Shown: positions 1 to 10,190 of the stretch, in pieces
Layout: each line of letters starts with the position of its first letter
How positions within the stretch are numbered: position 1 is the first letter of the stretch
Assembly (NCBI GenBank): GCA_977862235.1
Contig: OZ374557.1
Span: 1,860,001-1,924,000 of the forward strand
Reading direction: 5' to 3'
Length of the DNA: 64,000 nucleotides
Source of the DNA: Dudresnaya verticillata
Lineage: Eukaryota
Program-made: the position numbers and the translations under genes
Notes under the pieces: generated by a model
Seen by the model: the letters and a program-made list of their open reading frames with translations, nothing else
Told to the model about the DNA's origin: nothing
Database searches by the model: none

Positions 1-1293
1 ATCGACCGCATCTGTAACAACAAGCGACTTTAGATTGCGACTTAACAGAGCCTTTCCGTGACGAATACGAAGCTCAATGTTGAGAGTCACCTCTCTATCG
101 CAGGACACATGCATGTCCGAAGCAGCGAGCCCAAACTTACGGGGGTGGTCAAACACTTTGACTCCCATACTTGCTCTCTGGTGCAATAGCTCTGAGAAGA
201 CCTTCTGCGGCATTAGATTAATATCTGAACCACCGTCAGCGCATAACCTAGCCGAGACTTTTCCAGCGAAAACGACGCCCATGAGAGTAGAGTTTTCACC
301 ATCCGAATGATTATTACTGTCACCTGGTGCACGCTTAGCGAAACGCTTCGCCTTTTTCTTCCCACGCTCTTCAAAGAATGATTGTAAAAGTTTTTCGGCC
401 TCATCTGAGCTGGTATCGGGGCATCTTCGAACACCTTCACGATGCTTGATTCCTTTTTTCTTACATTCAGGGTTTAAGCAAGGAAGTTCGCGGAGCTTCT
501 CAGACCCCTTTTCGTTCTTGGAGCTTCCGACAGAATCTTTGTCAGAACGATGCTTACCTTTGCGAGAACCTTGTCCATTGCTGCCGCTTCCCTTCTTGGT
601 TTGTTTCTCTTCCTTCTCATAGCGACTGCGTGTGATCTTGACGTTGTCCTGAATGGCAGCCTCTTTAACCAAGAGAGAAACATATTCATTCACTTTCTTC
701 TTTAGGCCGGCCTGGAACTCTATATGTTCACTCATTGCAGCCTTCAGGTGAGCTGGATAGAGGTGCTCCTGTATGAGCTTAATTTTCTTCTCCGGATTGC
801 GCTCTTTAAAAGAGGAGTACCCAACTCCGTTCAACCTTTCGAAGACGTCATGGACATATTCCAGTATGCGCGCCTCTGGGTCTGAAATTTCCATAGGTAC
901 TTTGATACCTCGCAGTGCCTCCTGAATTACTGTAGGGTTTACCTCTTTAGAGTTTGCTTTCCCAACAGTATTCCTAACCCACTCCTCAATCTGGTCAGAG
1001 TTGATTTCATCAAAAGGAGTAGCGTTAGCAGCGGGGCTCATACGACCCAGGCTGTGCATCGTCTTCAACAGACTACGGTCTACCGAAACCTTAAAAGATG
1101 CTACACTCATTCCTGGTACTTCTTTGCTCTTCTCTTCTACCTCGTCCACATACCGCTCTCTTTCTCGTAGAAACGCGGAAACTTTCAGTGGGTCCACACT
1201 GCGTAGGACCGGGTGGTGGACAGGAGCGAATAATGCGCTAGAAGCGCCGAAGTCCGACTTGTCGGTCTCGGCAGAGCGTGTAGTCGGCGGCAT
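1..1293 (-). CDS. Ty3/gypsy-type gag-protease ORF, truncated by the window edge
   Basis: Hand translation from ATG 1293 (MPPTTRSAETDK...) is open to position 1, so it is absent from the ORF track. It has a Cys/His knuckle CLNPECKKKGIKHREGVRRC (480-421) followed by a retropepsin-like motif LCADGGSDINL. Confidence 0.75.
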   Translation of the reverse strand, partial: MPPTTRSAETDKSDFGASSALFAPVHHPVLRSVDPLKVSAFLRERERYVDEVEEKSKEVPGMSVASFKVSVDRSLLKTMHSLGRMSPAANATPFDEINSDQIEEWVRNTVGKANSKEVNPTVIQEALRGIKVPMEISDPEARILEYVHDVFERLNGVGYSSFKERNPEKKIKLIQEHLYPAHLKAAMSEHIEFQAGLKKKVNEYVSLLVKEAAIQDNVKITRSRYEKEEKQTKKGSGSNGQGSRKGKHRSDKDSVGSSKNEKGSEKLRELPCLNPECKKKGIKHREGVRRCPDTSSDEAEKLLQSFFEERGKKKAKRFAKRAPGDSNNHSDGENSTLMGVVFAGKVSARLCADGGSDINLMPQKVFSELLHQRASMGVKVFDHPRKFGLAASDMHVSCDREVTLNIELRIRHGKALLSRNLKSLVVTDAVD

Positions 1294-1362
1294 TCTGAAA
1301 CTTGTACAGCACAGAATTTCTGAGAGGTAGTAAAGCTTTACACAGGAAAGCTATTCTTACTT

Positions 1363-1514
1363 GTAGAACTCTTGAACCTTGAACTTCCACAACAATAACA
1401 CTTGAACCTAGAACTTCCAAAACTAGAACACTTGAAACTTGAAACTTGAAACTAGAAGCTAGACTTTCCAAAACAAGAACAATTGAAACTTGAAACTTGA
1501 AACTAGAACTTCCA
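1363..1514. repeat. Degenerate short tandem repeat (CTTGAAA/CTAGAA units) in the leader of the left-edge element
   Basis: Runs such as cttgaaacttgaaacttgaaactagaa at ~1431 and ~1483. Confidence 0.8.
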
Positions 1515-1606
1515 CGGGTATAACACAGCTTGCCAACAACACTAGTCAAAGTAATGGCGTCTCCTGCAGGGAATAGAAATTTCTATAAACACCGCCATCG
1601 TAGTCT

Positions 1607-1926
1607 TGTTGATGATTTTTCGCTCTGTGTGTTGTTTGTGATAATGCGAAGACCTCTGCCTTCCTCCCCTCTTTCCGAGCGAGAGCAAAGCTTTATATTC
1701 CCCAGAGCTGCCTCCTATGCAACTCTGGGTTCCCGCCGCGCTCGTCCTAAACGAGCCCGAGTCGGTAGATAGCTCTTAACGTTATTCTACTTCTATGCAG
1801 TAGCCGTGAACGTTATTCTAGCTATCTGTGCTATCCGTAAACGTTATTTTAATCACTCCTTCACAGTATCTGTGAACAGTCTGCCTCAGAAACAATATCC
1901 GTAGGCATAGGCTTGAAGATGTTACA
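1607..1926 (-). mobile_element. Possible 5' LTR of the left-edge gypsy element; boundaries uncertain
   Basis: Begins TGTTG, has a minus-strand TATA-like AATATAAAG at ~1691-1699 and three AACGTTATT repeats, and lies upstream of gag. No second copy in the window. Confidence 0.3.
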
Positions 1927-3494
1927 TCTAAAACGGAATATCTCCCGGTGCTTGAAGTAGGCCCAAACCTCCCGGTGCTTGAAGTAAGGCGAAACATTCC
2001 AAGTCACATACAATAGATCGGCCACCGCCAACGGGAGCAATCGTCCTTCAACAACTCTCTACAGGAATATATCGAGGAAGTGTTGGATCGCTCTTTCAAA
2101 ACACCGATTAAGTTGCTTTACTTGCTCAGGAATTGCTCTATCGTCGTCTGGAACATCTTCTGACTTCTATGGCGCGTCAGAGACTACTGAACGCGGCTAA
2201 GGTAACATCGGCTGATGAGGGAATGCCTTCAGAGTCATCAAGCAGCCCATTTCGCAACAGAGATACATTCAGCTTCTCTCCAATTGACATGTGTTGTAGC
2301 GATGCGTTGTTCTCATTAGCGCCTTCCTCAGTGTTTCAATAGTCCTCGCAGGATCTACTAATGCAAATTCTGCCTCACAAGTTTACTGGGTGCTCTGTGA
2401 CACTCTGCAGGGCGCAATGCCACCATCAACATCAGGCACCGAAGTCATATTCTTACTATCGCGGAATGTGGCCCTCATACGTGAGCTGTTTTGCGGGCCA
2501 CGGCGGATCACATTCGGATTCTGTATTCCCATATCACACATTCTTGAAGACCTCATATACTGGCTGATTTCAACGGAACCGGGTCGGTGGACGAAAGACT
2601 GGGGTAGGGCAAGTGTGCAGCGGGCGGAGTCGTCCATGAGTTGCGTTTCAAGGCAGATTACGCGTAAAATGAAAAAGCGTGACATGCATTTGTTGCACGC
2701 ATTGGCGTAGGCGACGTGGACGGCTCGGCGGGCCGAAAGCGTTACCTTGATTGTATAATCATAGCCCAAGGCGACGTAGACGCGCCAACTAGAAATCCAC
2801 GTCGCGTCCCTTCGGCGTACAGGCTTAGTACAGAAGGCCCGCAGTAAGCTAAGGCTGCTGTACAGCGCAAGCGGCATGCGGGGGGTTCCATGCGCGTGTC
2901 GCCCGTGCGCGGGGAGACCGCACCGCCGTCGGCTTCGGGAGCCCATCGGGACCTGAACGTGCGACCCTCTGTAAGCCTCTGTAATTACGGTCCAGGTCCA
3001 GGGTCGCGGTCCTCTTCGCAGAATCACCAGCTCTTGATGCCAGTAGCTCCGTCTCAGGTTACCGGGCTAGGTAGCGTTGCTTTCGTCTCTGCGTGCCAGT
3101 GTGCGACACTTGGCCGCTGCTGCCGCTGCCCATGACGTCTGGTGCACAGCACACAGGCACCCAGCGTTGCCCGTTATTCTACCGCTCGGGTTGCCGTCCT
3201 CGTTTTGCACGCTATGCACGCTACGTACTACATCGCGGCCAATGATTACAATGAAAAGGAACAACAGCTTTTACTTTGCGCGCGGGCGAATGTTACTCAT
3301 CTACTTCTATTGAACTTCGTCAAGTACATGGCGGCTTACAATATGACCTTTCTCTTCCTTCGGTTCCGTGGTTGAGCTCTGATTTCCTCGAAGGCTTCCA
3401 CACACGCGTGCGGGCGAATGTTTAACCTCATCCTTGGGTTACGCTAGTGTTGCTTTTGTGGCACAGTTTCATCGCGCATGGAAACACGACAGGT

Positions 3495-5279
3495 TCAATT
3501 CACACGTGGTCTTTCATCCTCGTGTAGACTGTCAAGGTCCGGCAGAAGGTGAAACTGTTTTAAATCAAACTTGAGTTGGCACAACTTGCAAATCCGTCCC
3601 TTCTGCGGGGCTCCGGTGTTCTGCATTATGCATACTGAGTGAACTTTAAGTTTGCAGACGTTGCAAGGGTCCCTCAAATATCGGTCCTCTTGAAGATCCC
3701 CGCGCTGACCATAAGTGCAAAGTGCACCAGTGCTGCAGTATATCCGTATATCTCCCCACATGACGCTGGTGCATTTAGGGTCTTCCGGAACCGGAAAGTC
3801 TGTAATGTCCTTGAGGTCATCATCGTCGGAGTCGTCACTGAAACGAATCGGTGATTCTGGTGATGCTATGCTTGATTCTTGAGAAGCTGTTTCAGACATG
3901 ATGTGGTCAACGGGAGACATGGGTGCATCAATATCGGAATCCGGTTTGTTTGCTTCCATTTGTTCGTTAATTGTTCGATCACGAATATTATTCAAACGCT
4001 GTCCACGCGAAGCGGCTCCTGCAACACCTGAAGCGCTTGGAAGCAGAAGGTTTTGCACGTCAATTGGTCCATTGATGCTACCTGAGGCAGGAAGCCGTGG
4101 CAGCCGTGGCACAGGCTGTCCAGGCCTTGTATTGGCCGCATTAATCGGGATGTCGTTGCTTCGTCTTGCCCCCAGAGTAGAGGCCTTTCTTCTCCTCCAC
4201 TGAGCGATTGGCACGTCCTCATCCATTTCTTCTATATCATGCAAACTCTGCAGAGGGGTATGCGGTGCTAAAAGGTCCTGTATGGATATGGTCGCTGCCG
4301 TTTCTGTAGGTTCACGACCAACGGTAGCTCTACTCCAGACGTCATCGGACTCCCGTACTGGTATGGAATTCTCAAGCTGCGCGGCCCTGGGATGGCCGTC
4401 ATCTTGATTTTCATCATTATTCTCTGAGGGAGTTGCTGCGGTACCGTCGTTGACTGACTGCCGTCTCGTCTGGACCACGGAGTCGCTCAGTCCAAGCTCC
4501 CCTTTCTTATGGGTCAGCACATCGAGGATACGTTTCGAGAGCCCCATCTCCTTCTGGTAGAATGATGCAAGGACAATGGCTCTGACCTGCTTACCAGAGT
4601 TGGCACCTCTCGCTTTTCTCAGGAAGCGCCGTTTGGGAACAATGCTATCTGAAAGTGTTACAGCAATATCAGTATCTGCAACACGAAACGTCTTCCGAAA
4701 CCATGGGGGAGTCATTGACACGAATTTGGACAGCCTTGCCTGCGGCCCACGCTCTTGGTCGTCTCGGCGCTTAAGCTTCTCGAAGAGCTTATCAAAAAAC
4801 ATATCATAGAGGTCAGCTAGGAACGTCTCGTGGAGTTCCATGAAACGTTGAAACGTCTGCTCATCTACATCCACTTCCCCTTCAACATCATCACTTCCTC
4901 TCTTCCCTGGGAACCAGCATGGTCTATTGATAGTTCTCATCGCTGTAGTAAGTGGGTCTTCGAGTGGACCAGATCGTAGGGCTGTTGGTTCAAGAGCTCC
5001 TTGTGTAGTTCTTTGCACATCCTCTTCGCGAAGAACCGTGGGATGCGCGGAATTGGACAATGGGGTTATCCTGCTAAAAAGTGAGAGAGCATTTGCAAGT
5101 CCTTCAATTGCGTGGGGCTTCAATGCTGCTCCCGAACTGAAGCTGACCGTGGGTGAGGACAGGACGCACAACTCTGCTGCATTGATTGCACTGCCAGAGA
5201 CACGTTTTTCTTCTCCATTAGGACATGAATTCTCACCTTCTTTGATGCCACTCTCTCCTGGACACTCTGCACCCTGCAC
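3495..5279 (-). CDS. Largely disordered 594-aa protein with a C-terminal PHD-type (C4HC3) zinc finger; true start may be upstream
   Basis: C-terminal CSTGALC...CNVCKLKVHSVC...CKLC matches the Cys4-His-Cys3 pattern; long open frame. Confidence 0.7.
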   Translation of the reverse strand: MQGAECPGESGIKEGENSCPNGEEKRVSGSAINAAELCVLSSPTVSFSSGAALKPHAIEGLANALSLFSRITPLSNSAHPTVLREEDVQRTTQGALEPTALRSGPLEDPLTTAMRTINRPCWFPGKRGSDDVEGEVDVDEQTFQRFMELHETFLADLYDMFFDKLFEKLKRRDDQERGPQARLSKFVSMTPPWFRKTFRVADTDIAVTLSDSIVPKRRFLRKARGANSGKQVRAIVLASFYQKEMGLSKRILDVLTHKKGELGLSDSVVQTRRQSVNDGTAATPSENNDENQDDGHPRAAQLENSIPVRESDDVWSRATVGREPTETAATISIQDLLAPHTPLQSLHDIEEMDEDVPIAQWRRRKASTLGARRSNDIPINAANTRPGQPVPRLPRLPASGSINGPIDVQNLLLPSASGVAGAASRGQRLNNIRDRTINEQMEANKPDSDIDAPMSPVDHIMSETASQESSIASPESPIRFSDDSDDDDLKDITDFPVPEDPKCTSVMWGDIRIYCSTGALCTYGQRGDLQEDRYLRDPCNVCKLKVHSVCIMQNTGAPQKGRICKLCQLKFDLKQFHLLPDLDSLHEDERPRVN

Positions 5280-6481
5280 ACTATATCAGCGAGCTCTGCA
5301 CTAGCGCCTGGAACCGTCCCAACGGCAGTGAAGTCCAATGTCCGGCGCATCTGGTCCGCCTGCACCCTAGGCGTCATTTTTGAAATGATATCACTGTTGG
5401 TATCAACAGTGATCAGCACTTAATGTGAGAAGATTGGTTAAACATTCGCCCGCACGCTTAAGATTGTCACAGCTGAGTAGTTGCAATACAGCTTGGAGGG
5501 CGTTGGTCCGAGACGTAGATGGTCCCTCATCGATCGATACCGCGACATCGATTTCGGTAGAGCACGATACTAGTGTTGGCCTGACGTCATTTGATCCCAT
5601 GGGTTTTTGAACCGCACTTTCCGCTGACTGACCGTACAGTATTCTGTGTGTAACTCACACCAAGAGATCCCGCTACTGCGAGCCTTCCCCGGAAATACAT
5701 TTTTCCGGAAAATGTTTGAATGCGCACGACCCGCATTGTCATCGCATGTGATACTGCACTGCTATTGGTTCTGTTGGCTGCTGTTGCCAGAGATGATCTG
5801 GAGCTTCTGGGATCATACGTAATTTGAGAAAAGACAGACACCCTGGCGTGCGCGTTGTAACCGCAGGCACATCGAATACATTCATACCTGCACCGGCTGG
5901 TTAACCTGCTACAGCATGATATCACCGTATGGTATGGTATGCCACATAGGTATCAACCCGTTTGGGTTGACCACAAACTCAATTGAGTAGCGTGCGGGCG
6001 AATGATTAACATCTGCAGTAATGCAACAAAATGGAGGAGAAAGTGTCAGCTTCAGTGCATATGCACTGAAGCTGACACTTTCTCAACAAAGGATATCCTT
6101 TGTTGAGCACGGAGTTCAACTGCGCGTACGCGCATACGTATGAAATGGACGGACGGGCGTTGGAAATGAAGCAGCATTGTGATGAAGCAAGCTGTATAGC
6201 GTGCGGGCGAATGAATAACCTTTTCTCACAATTGCGCTTACGCACAAGTTGTGACGTGACATGATATGAATTATATGAATGCGCTCACGATGGTGTCGAC
6301 ATTTGTAGAATTGTGAGTCCGAAGTCCGCGGAGTTCTCGCGAATCTAGCGCTCAGTTGAGATAGCTCGCGTTAAGCCAAGTTACGGGACCAAGAATGCAT
6401 CTGCAATCAGCTGAACTGCGGAATGTACTCCGGCAAAGCTTCCACCTGGGGTAGTTGACATACCATGCATGCACATTGAAA

Positions 6482-8686
6482 TCATTGCTGAAAGAATTGG
6501 AGCATGTCCTCATCCTCGAGTTCACACGCCCCGCGTTCATCTCTGAACGCTGCCCCTAGATTCAACATAGCCAGCCTCGACGTGAGGAATGGGACTAGGT
6601 TCTGCCCTCCGACAAAACGAAGGTACGGGATGGATTTCTCAAGCCTTGCGTTGATTGACGCCGCGGCGCTACTTCTCTGATTGTCGTTCGACTTGTAGTA
6701 GTCTGCATCGAAGAATGCACTGCAAGTGCGATCTTTGTAGTGAAAGCGGTCTACAGTTACTCTGGTTATGTGTAGGAGCCACGGCACTCTCATAATTGCA
6801 GAGGTATAAAGGTTGCTTCCATTGTCGTAGTATAGAACACGCGGTGGAACGTGTAGATGGGATAGGATGGAGGACAACGCAAGTGCTGTAGATTCAGCCT
6901 GGTTCATTGCAATGAACCCAATACACTTCGGGTGCTCACAAATGCAGTGCACGGTCAAAACGCCTGGGCTGAAGCGCTTAGACTTGGGATATTGCTTAGT
7001 ACAGTGATGTCGCTCTTTCGTATCGAAGGTGAGCTGAGCACGATACGTATTGCGGCCCGGGAAGCAAAAACCAGTCTTATCGGCATCGTTAGAGGCTCCC
7101 GTAGCACCAAGCAGCACGGATCCGTACCTTTCATGGTAGTCCCGAACGCTATCAGGGCAGCTGGCATCGAACTCCTCACAGTATGAGATTGCCACTCTCA
7201 TGTGCTCATCCCACAGATTTCCCATTAGCTTCGCCACGGTTCTCGCGAAGGAGCGAACGCTGTTCATGGCATGCACCAATTCAACGCAGAAGTGATGCAA
7301 TACTGGGTTCACCTCCTCGAGTGTTCGCGCATCCAGAGACAGTGAATTGATGCAAGAATCACAGACCAGTTGAGGGCCTGCATGTTCACAGTTCGCAGCT
7401 TGTTTGAGACCCTGACAGCATTTCGCGTGCAAACTGAGCGACGCGGACACCAGTCCCTTCATATACCGAGAGGGTCGCCCAGCACCTTCAAACTCAGCAG
7501 AGCTAGGCTCCCCTGAATCTGAACCGGAAGAGACATCGAATGTTATCGGTGCTGACGAGGCGGGCATGACGTATACAAATGCCACATTCTCGCAAGCTGC
7601 AAACTCGATAGCTTCGAGGACAGCATCTATAAATTGTGCAATCTGGTGTACAGCAGTGGTTGACAATATGCGAGCGTACGGCTGTCCGGTGTTAGTGAGT
7701 AAATCGTCATCATCACCGGAGCTGTCAGCAGTAGAACTCGAAGACTCACTGTCCTCTTCCATTGGGTCCCAGCTAGACTCAATTCCGACATCCCCACTGT
7801 CGTTATTCTCATCTTTTGATCTGACCCTGACGTAGTCATGGGGAGTGGATACGAGATCAACAATGGAGAATACCGCCTTCATCAACTGCAATAGCTCACG
7901 ACAGTCCTTGTGAACACCGTACCGTCTGTGTTTGTTCTTACACGTTTGGCTGTGGCCAATTGCTGCTATGTTTCGGGTACTGTCGCAGAAGCATGATTCT
8001 TGATCAATATACAGTCTCAGTATATCAATCTGGGTCCCTTTCAAGACATGTGATAGCTTGAAGGAGACTGTGGCAAAGTTGTGGCCAGTTTTCATTGTAG
8101 CACGACGAATGGCTTGTCGAGCGTACTGGAAGAACTGTGAAATGGCAGTTCTCCTCGCGTTTCCACCCACCAGTCTCCGCGCTTTGCAGGTCGTGCCCTC
8201 CAGAACCTCTAGCTGTCGTTCGAAGTCTGGAAGACCCTGAATAACCCCAGCAGAAGTGCCATCCACAACCAGGCCTTTAAATCTTTTCGTAGCACAGCTT
8301 TTTTGCGGTGAAATGCCTAGCAGTCTTCTGTCCTCCGCATTTAGAGGTACCTCGCAGTTGTTACATGAGAACAACGTATGCGCTTCGTTTACGGTCAGAG
8401 TGCTTAGAAACACACCGAACGCCTCGTTCACACGCCTTCGGCACTGTTTCTTCAAGCTTTGTATACGCGCTGATGTCCATTGCAAGAGATTGCCTGGCGA
8501 ACGCGTCACTAGTGATACAACTGCATAAGCCGTTCTTATAGGAATTGCCCAACCGAATACCGCCTCGGCCATAGCATATAATAGCTCTGTGGTGAACAGA
8601 GAATACTTTCGGACGGAGAAGACGGCGTCCTGGAGACCTTTGTACCTAACATAACTCGAGCACATACTGCATTTGTAGTCCTTCAC
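6482..8686 (-). pseudogene. KDZ (Kyakuja-Dileera-Zisupton)-type transposase, CxC and catalytic C-terminal part
   Basis: Motifs CSMC..YKG..DAVF, LVVDGTS, HCTKQY...PGVLTVHCICEHPKCIGFIAM..AES, YYDNGSNL, VDRFHYKDRTCS and SSAAASINARL resemble KDZ transposases. Confidence 0.75.
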
Positions 8687-8738
8687 AAATACATCAGCAA
8701 CGCCCTGCAGAGCGTCGCTGATGTATTTGTGAAGGACT
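8677..8738. repeat. 62-bp near-perfect palindrome interrupting the transposase frame
   Basis: agtccttcacaaatacatcagc...ctgcag...gctgatgtatttgtgaaggact, two mismatched pairs, centre 8707/8708. Confidence 0.95.
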
Positions 8739-9166
8739 CATGTCATGACAGAGAGTGAACAATGACGCCTTGCGCAATGAAGAGGTGCCCTGAAATGGAA
8801 AACGACGACATAACATGGTGTCGCACACTACATATGCATCTGAAAGAACGAGCAGGTTCCCATCAGGCACATTTTCAACACGAGAAGCCAGCGCTCTCAT
8901 TTGATCGCTTTCAGCTTTGCAGGGGAGTAGAGGTCGACAGAGGTGGGCCGGGCAGTACTCGTCGTCTTTTGAGCCATGTATTGGCGTTGGTGCTGGAGAA
9001 GTCGTTGGGTTATCTTGCGTTGAACTCCGTCGCGCATGTTTCCCGCACGAAAGCTCATGGAGACACCTCATGCGCTTTGAAGGAGACCTACGGCAGAAGA
9101 GACAGTGAAACGCTTGCCTGTTCTTCTTCATAACAGGTACGAACAAGTTCTTCGCAACGTCGAATA
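8739..9166 (-). pseudogene. KDZ transposase middle fragment with a Cys/His cluster
   Basis: FDVAKNLFVPVMKKNRQAFHCLFCRR...RCLHELSC; joins in frame to 22405-23067 through the GAATA TSD. Confidence 0.8.
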
Positions 9167-10063
9167 TGTGGTGCAAAGGGAGGCGAGCCCTTTTTCGCTG
9201 AAAGCGGGCAGACCAAATACGTCGACCGACGGAGAAACCGCCACCGACGCTCACCACCGCCGTTGGCGCGCGAACACGTCATCGACGGCTTACTGGGGCG
9301 CGCGTGCACACTGCGCGCCGCGCGCCACGCGGGCACTGTACGGTGATGGGCCGACATGGCGCCCCGGGGCACTGTAACACGGATCCGGATGGGATCCGGA
9401 TCCGGCATCCAGATTGGCTATCTGGATCGCCTAAGCTGTAAGGTACGCGCCTGTAAGGCTGCGGGTGCTCGCATTGCTGGCCCGATCCGGATAGGATCGG
9501 GATCGGACAAGTACCGGATTAGATCCAAAGCGCACGCTCTACAGTGCGCGCGCACGCACGGCTGTAAGACACACGCTTCCACGTGTACGTGTAAGCACCC
9601 AACAGGGGGGTTGTACGGCAATCTGTCAGGCGCGCGGCTGCATGCAACGCGTGATCTGTCAGACGCGCCTCGGAACGACACGTGTCCCGGGTTCCCGCGC
9701 TACGCACCGCCGCCGCCGCGCCGCCGTACTATACTTAGGTAAGCCGCCCCAGACGTAACAGTAAACGCCCGGGCAAGCCGGCCTTGGTCCAGACTTCCCC
9801 GTTCCGCACGCGCGCATTCTACCGCTGCCTACGGCTCAAGGGTCTACCTCCCGTGCTTCCACGTCTGCCATCGTCCTTGACGTGTTCCCTTTCTCTTCCT
9901 TTTCCCTTCCTTTCCGCCTCGGGCGTTTACAGTCCGCCCAAGGCGTGCCCCTTTTCTCTACCACTAAGTCGCCCACGGCGGGACTACCTACCGCCAAGGG
10001 CGCAGCTACCCACCGAGCCCCGAACTGCTCGGCGGTCCATCGTCTCAGACGTTTTGCACCACA
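9167..10063 (+). repeat. 5' LTR of element A
   Basis: Direct repeat of 21508-22404 (two differences seen by eye); 10-bp terminal inverted repeat. Confidence 0.97.
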
Positions 10064-10065
10064 TC

Positions 10066-10084
10066 TGGTCTCCCGACCTAGAAT
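10066..10084 (+). promoter_or_regulatory. Primer binding site of element A, probably tRNA-Tyr
   Basis: TGGTCTCCCGACCTAGAAT, 2 nt after the LTR; its complement ends ...TCGGGAGACCA. Confidence 0.85.
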
Positions 10085-10190
10085 TGTGCTACGTTTCAAC
10101 GAGTTACTCCGTCGTGCGACGTCCGACTGCCCGTCTTCAGACGTTTGTCGCTAATCGTCCACGACGTTCAAGCAACTGTACGATTGTATC

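Noticed and set aside
1607..2431. TGTTGATG...CATCAACA as an 825-bp LTR
   Set aside because: An 8-bp match only; the interior looks like decayed coding sequence and there is no second copy to test.
1930..3027. Possible decayed minus-strand gene, including ORF 2383-3027
   Set aside because: No recognisable motif and several stops.
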